A stretch of 32,740 bases of DNA. Origin: Candidatus Heimdallarchaeota archaeon. GTDB lineage: Archaea > Asgardarchaeota > Heimdallarchaeia > Heimdallarchaeales > Heimdallarchaeaceae. Positions 26,512 through 32,740 of the stretch are shown piece by piece. Each line of letters opens with the position of its first letter. The first letter of the stretch is position 1. Under the pieces are notes generated by a model. It did not search any database, had not been told where the DNA came from, and saw nothing but the letters and a program-made list of their open reading frames with translations. The stretch lies in NCBI GenBank assembly GCA_019057375.1, contig DXJF01000047.1, positions 1 through 32,740 on the forward strand, read 5' to 3'. The position numbers and the translations under genes are program-made.

Positions 26512-26932
26512 CACATATCTTTTTCACTTTTCCCTTATTTGGAGAGAAAATCCTATTTCGCATTTTCATTGCTTCTAAAATCATAAGTTCTTGATTTTTA
26601 CCCACAATATCTCCTTCTTTTACAAGTATTTGCGCGATTTTACCAGGAATTGGTGCTTTAAGGCTAATGTTTTTCTTCTCTTGAGAACCGTTGTTTATGC
26701 TTCGTTTTGGAATGAAAGGTTTAATAGAGATATCTACATTTTCACCGTCTATTGTGAAATCTTTAGATGAAACTTCTACTGTAAAAGTGTGATTATTTAC
26801 TGTAACTTTGTAAACAGAATTAATCTCTTGATCAACTGATGCAGAGAATATTTCTCCATCTATACTCAAGTCTCCATTAGGGAGGATTTCAAATATATAC
26901 TCATGGTCTCGATAAGTTACTCTCTTTTTCAA
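26447..26932 (-). CDS. accB: biotin carboxyl carrier protein
   Basis: LKAPIPGKI..ILVKEGD.V, LEAMKM biotinylation motif, GKVKKI.V; TTG start. Confidence 0.92.
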   Translation of the reverse strand: MKKRVTYRDHEYIFEILPNGDLSIDGEIFSASVDQEINSVYKVTVNNHTFTVEVSSKDFTIDGENVDISIKPFIPKRSINNGSQEKKNISLKAPIPGKIAQILVKEGDIVGKNQELMILEAMKMRNRIFSPNKGKVKKICVKENTFVEQDQKLLEFENSPD

Positions 26933-26947
26933 AATTAAAACACCAGT

Positions 26948-28450
26948 TTATAGATAATTTCTTTGCTGCTCACGCTTGCTTTGCTCTCTCCATCGGTTAG
27001 TTCCGTTTGATGTTTCATTTAATTTGATTGGTGAGAATTGCTGCTTTGATTTTTGGATGCTTTGAGTTTTCAAAATTGCTGCGAGTTTAAGTTTCTCATA
27101 ATGTAACAAGATTTCTGTAATCTTATTTTTCTCCAGAAAATCGGTTGTTATAATTCTCTGCTGAAATTCGGATGATGCGATGATAGCATTATGAAGAGCG
27201 ATGTTTGTGGTAACTCCGGAAATCGATAGTTCGTTCAGTGCTATTCTTGATTTAGTTATCGTATCATTTCGATTGTTACCTTTAACAATAAGCTTACCAA
27301 TTAAAGAATCATAATTATTTGGGAAAACATAGTCAGGATAAATAAAAGTATCAAAACGAACTTCATTTCCTCCAGGGATATTTAACCCGGTAATTCTTCC
27401 TGATTGAGGATAAAAGGATTTCAGAGGATCCTCTGCATTGATCCTAAATTCTATAGCATGCCCATTAAACTTTATATCTCTCTGATTTATTGATAATTCC
27501 TTGTTACTTGCTATCTTCAGCTGTTCTACAACTAAGTCAATTCCTGTGATCATTTCAGTAACTGGGTGTTCAACTTGAATTCTTGGATTAATCTCATTGA
27601 AGAAAATATCTCCATCTTTCCATAGAAACTCTGCTGTTCCAGCATTTCTATAGTCAAGCTTTTCAGCAAGATTGCAAATCTTCTCACCCAAGCTATTTCT
27701 TTTACGAACAGAAAGAAAGGATGGAGCTTCTTCAATGATTTTTTGATAAGAACGTTGGATGGAACATTCCCTATCTCCAATATGAATTGATTTATGATGA
27801 TTATCAGCTAGAAATTGTATTTCAACATGTCTAGGAGATGAAATATATCTCTCAATAAACACTTTATTATTTCCAAAGAATTTGTCAGCAATTGTTTGAC
27901 AACCTAACAAGCTTATTTCGAGAGCCTCTGGATTTTCAACAATCTCCATCCCTCTTCCTCCTCCACCGAAAGCTGCTTTTATGATAATTGGATATCCAAT
28001 ATTTTCACCAATTTTTTCTGCCTCAGATAGTGACGATACATAACCATCAGAACCAGGAATTGTTGGAATACCAATTTCCTTTGCTATTCTCTTTGATTCA
28101 ACCTTGTCGCCTAAATTCCTTAGAACGGAAGGAGAAGGTCCTACAAATATCATTCCTTCCTTCTCAACCCTTTCAGCAAAATCTGGGTTTTCGCTAAGAA
28201 AACCATAACCTGGATGGATTGCATCTGAATCAGAAGTTAATGCAATTTCAATTATTTTTTCTATATTCAGATAAGTTTCTTGTACCGTACCTTTGCCAAG
28301 GCTATATGCTTCATTGGCCATTTTTACATGGAGAGAAGTAGAGTCTTCTTTAGAAAAAATAACTATGCTTTTTAGGTTTAGTAAACGGCATGCTCGTATT
28401 ATCCGAACAGCTATTTCTCCACGATTGGCTATAAGCACAGTACCAAGCAT
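26948..28450 (-). CDS. accC: biotin carboxylase (ATP-grasp)
   Basis: VLIANRGEIAVRIIRAC, IHPGYGFLSEN, KAAFGGGGRGM, RECSIQR, EINPRIQVEHPVTE, EFRINAEDP, YDSLIGKLIV. Confidence 0.95.
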   Translation of the reverse strand: MLGTVLIANRGEIAVRIIRACRLLNLKSIVIFSKEDSTSLHVKMANEAYSLGKGTVQETYLNIEKIIEIALTSDSDAIHPGYGFLSENPDFAERVEKEGMIFVGPSPSVLRNLGDKVESKRIAKEIGIPTIPGSDGYVSSLSEAEKIGENIGYPIIIKAAFGGGGRGMEIVENPEALEISLLGCQTIADKFFGNNKVFIERYISSPRHVEIQFLADNHHKSIHIGDRECSIQRSYQKIIEEAPSFLSVRKRNSLGEKICNLAEKLDYRNAGTAEFLWKDGDIFFNEINPRIQVEHPVTEMITGIDLVVEQLKIASNKELSINQRDIKFNGHAIEFRINAEDPLKSFYPQSGRITGLNIPGGNEVRFDTFIYPDYVFPNNYDSLIGKLIVKGNNRNDTITKSRIALNELSISGVTTNIALHNAIIASSEFQQRIITTDFLEKNKITEILLHYEKLKLAAILKTQSIQKSKQQFSPIKLNETSNGTNRWREQSKREQQRNYL

Positions 28451-28473
28451 AGAGGTATAAGTCCTTTGACATT

Positions 28474-28481
28474 TATATAAA
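28474..28481 (-). promoter_or_regulatory. TATA box (TTTATATA) for accC-accB, probably a leaderless transcript
   Basis: Centred about 27 nt upstream of the accC ATG at 28450, the canonical archaeal spacing. Confidence 0.55.
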
Positions 28482-28537
28482 ATCTTTGTGTTTTATAGCC
28501 AAAAAATATGATTCTTGAAATAACTCGTAAAAGACTT

Positions 28538-29767
28538 CTAATCAATGAATTTAATGCTTCTATCAGAAGTTGTTGTTTTAGCTTTTAGCATGTTTTTCCA
28601 TCGTTCTGTTAAATTAATAAAGGCAGTTTCTGTACTATTATCTATTTCACAATTATCCTTTAATTGCAAGTTGAAGAATTCTAGATTCAAAGTTTTTTTA
28701 TCAAATTTAACCTCTATTCTACCAATGAGTTTACCTTGGAAAAGTAATGGGTAGACATAGTATCCCCACTTTCTATCTTTTGGAATTTTGTAAACTTCCC
28801 AGACATAATCAAAATTAAATACTTTCAGTGTTAAATCTCTGTCCCAAATTAATGGATCAAGCGGAGCTAGGGCTCTCATATTAACATCTAAGTCTTCTTT
28901 AAGAAAATCTTTCCAATTATAGGGAACAGCTATACCCCATTGTTCTCCTTCAGTTTTTAAGATGTGAGGACCCTTGTCAGCATAATTTGTTCTAAACCAT
29001 TCAGGTGAGATTCTTTTCCTTTTTCCAACAAATAAAGAACCAGGTTTTGTAATTGAAACCTTGCCTAGAGTAATCAAAGGATAAGATTTCTGTTTGATAA
29101 GAAATTTCTCATAATTAATTTCTTCATGTGTTAAATCTGTTTTTTCTAGTAATTCTGATTCGAAATATTCTTCAGTTAAATAGTAAATCTTTCTCCAGTT
29201 TTCATCTCTACCAGAAATAATAACTCTTCCTAGAATCCACAATATCTCAAGAGACATACCTGCAAGATTACTAGTTTTCCAAAAGGAGAAATCTGGTTTG
29301 ATATTAGCCATTTCTGCAATATCTGAAGCTTTTGAAGGTCCATTTTCTAGAAGGAATTTCACTGCTTCTTCAAGTATTCCTGAATGTATTTTTTCTACTT
29401 TCTCTAAACGAGATTGATAATATTTGTGTAAGTACTCTTTCTTCATTTGAGATAAAAATAAAGGAAAATGCTCTTTTGAAATAGCCATTAAGTTTGGGAA
29501 ATAAGCCTCAAAAACTAATTTATTTGGGTAAACTATTTTCTGAAATGTATCTATTTCATAATTTTTTATTCTGCTCTGAAAAAAAAGGTCATGATTCCTT
29601 CCTGCTGGATTCAAAGGATCGAGCTGAACCAATGCTTGTTGTTTGAAAACAGACTGTATATCATCTATACTCTCCCCTTGCCATTTATGAAGATGTGTAC
29701 CAACAACAGCAATCTGCTGCAATTCTTCCTTTGTCACTTCATGAATTTGAAATTCAGACATACTCAC
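28538..29767 (-). CDS. YcaQ/AlkZ-family (HTH_42) DNA glycosylase, interstrand-crosslink repair type
   Basis: VQLDPLNPAGRNHDLFFQSR, LAPLDPLIWDR, FDYVWEVY....RKWGYYVYPLL..GKLIGRIEVK. Confidence 0.85.
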   Translation of the reverse strand: MSMSEFQIHEVTKEELQQIAVVGTHLHKWQGESIDDIQSVFKQQALVQLDPLNPAGRNHDLFFQSRIKNYEIDTFQKIVYPNKLVFEAYFPNLMAISKEHFPLFLSQMKKEYLHKYYQSRLEKVEKIHSGILEEAVKFLLENGPSKASDIAEMANIKPDFSFWKTSNLAGMSLEILWILGRVIISGRDENWRKIYYLTEEYFESELLEKTDLTHEEINYEKFLIKQKSYPLITLGKVSITKPGSLFVGKRKRISPEWFRTNYADKGPHILKTEGEQWGIAVPYNWKDFLKEDLDVNMRALAPLDPLIWDRDLTLKVFNFDYVWEVYKIPKDRKWGYYVYPLLFQGKLIGRIEVKFDKKTLNLEFFNLQLKDNCEIDNSTETAFINLTERWKNMLKAKTTTSDRSIKFID

Positions 29768-29834
29768 ACCAGCGGACTAAGTTAATGATATGTCAGAAGA
29801 CATTTTTGATTATTTAAAGAAAATGGAAGATTAG

Positions 29835-31085
29835 CTAACTTACATGAAGAAAATAATCTAACTTTGTTTGCTTTTTAGTAAGATCATAGAGCTTGGAACG
29901 ATATTTCCAATGTTTGAGAGGATAATCAAACTTTTTCCCAGCAATCTCAAAAGCAGAATCTATGTTATCAAAAGTCATGTGTTTTTTCTTCATTGCTTCT
30001 CTTACAGCTAATCTGATTACCCAAACCCCAAGTGGGAATCTGTATTCATCAGAAATTTCTCTTAAAACTATTGCTTGAGATTGTCTCTTGATTTTAAGAA
30101 GATATTCAGTTACTCCTAATCTTGCTGCATAATAAGCACCAGTGATGTTTGAAGCATAATCTGTACGACCATTATATCCCTCCCAATCTTCAACTGCTAT
30201 ATCTTTATCACTAGGATTCATGAAAGCTCCTCTGAACCAAGTTTCGATCATTTCATAAGACCAAACATCAGGAATAAGAATAATGACAAATCTATTTCCA
30301 TAGAAGTTGTAGGTAAAAACTCTAAATTCTCCTAATTCAGGAAGAAGTTTTACCTTCTCTACATTTTGTTTTGAAAGAATATCGTCTACAGCTGTTATAC
30401 TCCATCTGGTAGGAACAAGTTTACGATTATCTTTTCGACCTATCATACCTGCTGAAAAGACTCTGGTAATAGTAGTTTCATCTAATTTCTCTTTTCCCAT
30501 ATAGGTTACAGCATCTGTAGCTAATAGATCTGTATCATAATAACTCCTTTCAATAGCATTAATTGGGGTTTGATTTTCTGTTATGTCCAATGTTTTTATA
30601 GGTACTATAGGTCCATGTGGCGCCATTCTCTCATCAAGACTTATTCTGGGAATAACCTTTCTTTCAAGTTGAACTTCTACATCAATAGCTTTTTTTCCTA
30701 AAAGCAATTCTTGACTTTTTTGAACAATATCAGAATCAAGAGGTCGTTTAACATTAATTTTAGCATGAGTTCTCATCAGAGAAATTCGCATTTTTACTAT
30801 ATCTTCTTGAGACTTCTTCAGCCAATTTCGAGAGTTATCAATGATATCAGAAGCAACTCTATTTGCAGTTAACATGGGACCTGCATTTATTCTAGGATAC
30901 CCTGTCCATCCAACAAAGAAGGAAGGGGGAGAAAAGGTTTCGTCAAGATTCTGGATTTTAGGCTGCTCAATACTGTATTGCTTTGACCAGTTTTGTAATA
31001 GAGGACATGATTTTCTCCCACATAAACCTCTAGAGGTTTTGCAAATTACACATAATTCGAAGTTCATGTCGGAATTATCATCCAT
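29835..31085 (-). CDS. nreA: Nre family archaeal DNA repair protein with C-terminal PIP box
   Basis: C..CK..RGLCG...CP, PPSFFVGW.GYP, RKLVPTRWSITAVD, WSYEMIE, GAYYAARL, PLGVWVIR, QTKLDYF. Confidence 0.9.
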   Translation of the reverse strand: MDDNSDMNFELCVICKTSRGLCGRKSCPLLQNWSKQYSIEQPKIQNLDETFSPPSFFVGWTGYPRINAGPMLTANRVASDIIDNSRNWLKKSQEDIVKMRISLMRTHAKINVKRPLDSDIVQKSQELLLGKKAIDVEVQLERKVIPRISLDERMAPHGPIVPIKTLDITENQTPINAIERSYYDTDLLATDAVTYMGKEKLDETTITRVFSAGMIGRKDNRKLVPTRWSITAVDDILSKQNVEKVKLLPELGEFRVFTYNFYGNRFVIILIPDVWSYEMIETWFRGAFMNPSDKDIAVEDWEGYNGRTDYASNITGAYYAARLGVTEYLLKIKRQSQAIVLREISDEYRFPLGVWVIRLAVREAMKKKHMTFDNIDSAFEIAGKKFDYPLKHWKYRSKLYDLTKKQTKLDYFLHVS

Positions 31086-31189
31086 GCTGGTCAGAGTAAC
31101 TGAATTTTTTTACTATTAAAAGCTGATGTAGATAAAATAATATTGAAAAAAGACAACACTTTTATTCTTCTTTACGACAAAATTATATT

Positions 31190-31777
31190 ATGAGCTATCT
31201 TGAGAATGAAATAGCTGATGATAATGTTCTAATCAAAGATTTAGATAAGCGTGAATTTGGTTCTAAATTGCTCTTCTTAGGTTTAGCTCAAACAGGTAAG
31301 ACTTCAATAATTCAGGTTGTTTTCGAAAATAAATCTCCTGAAACAACTTCTGAAATACCAGCAACTGTAGGAATAAGTAGAAAATTGGTAGATTTTTCAG
31401 ATATTTCTTTGAATATCTATGATGTAGGCGGACAAATAACCTATTTAGAAGAAGCTTTTGTTGATTTGCGCGAGAGTATATTCTCTAGAATTAAAGCTCT
31501 ATTTTTTGTAGTGGATACTTCCAGACAGGAAGATTTTGAAACAGCAAAGATGTATTTTAGAAGAGCTATTGGGAATCTTAATGAGTATAGCCCTGAAGGA
31601 AAGATTTTTGTTCTAGCTCACAAAATGGATTTAATTCCAGCTGAAGAAAGAGAGAAAGCAATTAGCTCTATAACTGAAATTTTTGAATTGGAAGATTATT
31701 CAGAAGTAGAAATACATGAAACTTCAATTTATGAGGAAACTTTAATGGATGCTGTAGAGAAAGCTCTTGGGATATAA
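31190..31777 (+). CDS. small GTPase, Gtr1/RagA-like (Asgard-type eukaryotic signature protein)
   Basis: G1 GLAQTGKTS, G2 T, G3 DVGGQ, G4 HKMD, G5 TSIY; HKMD and TSI match Rag GTPases. Confidence 0.8.
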   Translation: MSYLENEIADDNVLIKDLDKREFGSKLLFLGLAQTGKTSIIQVVFENKSPETTSEIPATVGISRKLVDFSDISLNIYDVGGQITYLEEAFVDLRESIFSRIKALFFVVDTSRQEDFETAKMYFRRAIGNLNEYSPEGKIFVLAHKMDLIPAEEREKAISSITEIFELEDYSEVEIHETSIYEETLMDAVEKALGI

Positions 31778-31824
31778 TATTGTCTATACGAATACTAAAA
31801 TAGTTATTTACAGTTTCTTGAGAT

Positions 31825-32232
31825 ATGCCAAAAGAACCAACTTATCCTATGTTATTCTTAAGAACAAATGATATGAAGAAAACTAGAAATTTCTATGAAA
31901 ATATACTCAAATTTCCAATCGCTTTAGAGCAGAGTGGATGTGTTGTATTTAAAATAGGCAAATATGGTTATTGGGGTTTCTGTAAAACAGAAAAAGAGAT
32001 AGAAAAACCTGAACAAGTTTGCTTAACATTAGTTGTTGAAACAAAAAAAGAAGTCGATGAATGGAATAAATATTTGATAGCAGAAAACGTTACACTAACA
32101 AGAGAACCTCAAGAAACAGCTCAATATAAAATTTACAACGCTTTCTATACTGATCCAACAGGATATACCTTAGAAATACAAGCTTTCGATAAGGATGGAA
32201 GACCAGTCGGGCATGATGATTTTGGAATATAA
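31825..32232 (+). CDS. VOC/glyoxalase family protein
   Basis: LFLRTNDMKKTRNFYENILKF, FYTDPTGYTLEIQ. Confidence 0.85.
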   Translation: MPKEPTYPMLFLRTNDMKKTRNFYENILKFPIALEQSGCVVFKIGKYGYWGFCKTEKEIEKPEQVCLTLVVETKKEVDEWNKYLIAENVTLTREPQETAQYKIYNAFYTDPTGYTLEIQAFDKDGRPVGHDDFGI

Positions 32233-32252
32233 TACACTTGTGAGTGATTAAA

Positions 32253-32648
32253 ATGACAAGAGTTACTGGAATAGGCGGAGTTTTTTTTAAATCAAAAAAT
32301 CCAGAGAAGCTCAAAGAATGGTATGTTAAACACCTAGGAGTTCCGGTTATTGAAGAAGGATCAGAAGAATCTTATATTATCTTTAACTGGGAAACGCAAG
32401 CAAACTGCAGGAAAAAGGGTTATACTCTCTGGGGACCTTTCAAAGAAGATTCCGATTATTTCAAACCCAGTAAGAAAAATTACATGCTCAACTTTACTGT
32501 AGATAACCTTGACAAAATACTCCAAACTTTGAAAGAAGATGGTGTCTATGTTTTCGAAGAGAGAGAAGAACATCAGGAAGGAAAATTTGGTTGGATTATG
32601 GATCCAGAGGGTAACAAAATAGAACTGTGGGAACCACCAGAAAGATAA
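32253..32648 (+). CDS. VOC/glyoxalase family protein
   Basis: RVTGIGGVFFKSKNPEKLKEWY..HLG, MLNFTVDNLD, GKFGWIMDPEGNKIELWEP. Confidence 0.88.
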   Translation: MTRVTGIGGVFFKSKNPEKLKEWYVKHLGVPVIEEGSEESYIIFNWETQANCRKKGYTLWGPFKEDSDYFKPSKKNYMLNFTVDNLDKILQTLKEDGVYVFEEREEHQEGKFGWIMDPEGNKIELWEPPER

Positions 32649-32701
32649 TATTCTTCTGTTTTTCTTATATTATAAAATTCCATGACTTATGGAATAAATT
32701 T

Positions 32702-32740
32702 TTAATACTTCATTTTCCTCTTAACTAAAGGTGTTATTAT
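32702..32740 (-). CDS. possible C-terminal tail of a minus-strand gene entering from beyond the window
   Basis: IITPLVKRKMKY*, a hydrophobic-then-basic tail; only 13 codons are visible. Confidence 0.3.
   Translation of the reverse strand: MITPLVKRKMKY

Noticed and set aside
14038-28450. Evidence of autotrophy (3HP/4HB cycle) from the acc/pcc genes
   Set aside because: No other cycle genes are in the window, and the tight coupling to the synthase explains the carboxylase.
32677-32695. 7-bp hairpin ATTCCAT/ATGGAAT after the last VOC gene as a terminator
   Set aside because: A weak AT-rich stem with no clear U-tract; could be chance.

Overview
AT-rich, densely coding archaeal window. It is most likely from an Asgard archaeon (Heimdallarchaeia-like). 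This is an inference from F420-dependent Mtd, NreA with a PIP box, a stand-alone Rag/Gtr1-like small GTPase, GGTG-type ribosome-binding sites and surface proteins ending in a TM helix plus basic tail. The centre (about 13.2-28.5 kb) is a compact, apparently self-sufficient acyl-chain biosynthesis locus built around one 10-kb gene encoding a ~3357-aa iterative type I PKS/FAS-like megasynthase. Its domain order is FMN-ER(degenerate)-FMN-ER-KS-AT-KS-ACP-ACP-KR-DH-PPTase. Both ACPs read LGIDT, with Thr where the phosphopantetheine-carrying Ser normally sits, and an Sfp-like PPTase is fused at the C-terminus. The gene is translationally coupled to an upstream acyl-CoA carboxyltransferase and a downstream alpha/beta-hydrolase. 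It is flanked by biotin ligase, biotin carboxylase and BCCP genes, which together cover extender supply. The flanks hold housekeeping and accessory genes: mtnA, mtd, asnS, an MFS transporter, a class II GATase, three LURP-one/scramblase-like paralogs, a purple-acid-phosphatase-like surface protein with a decayed paralog, a YcaQ-like glycosylase, nreA and two VOC proteins. A stem-rich ~230-nt intergenic segment is a candidate structured RNA. I recognised no rRNA, tRNA, CRISPR array or mobile element. All assignments come from reading motifs by eye; no searches were run.
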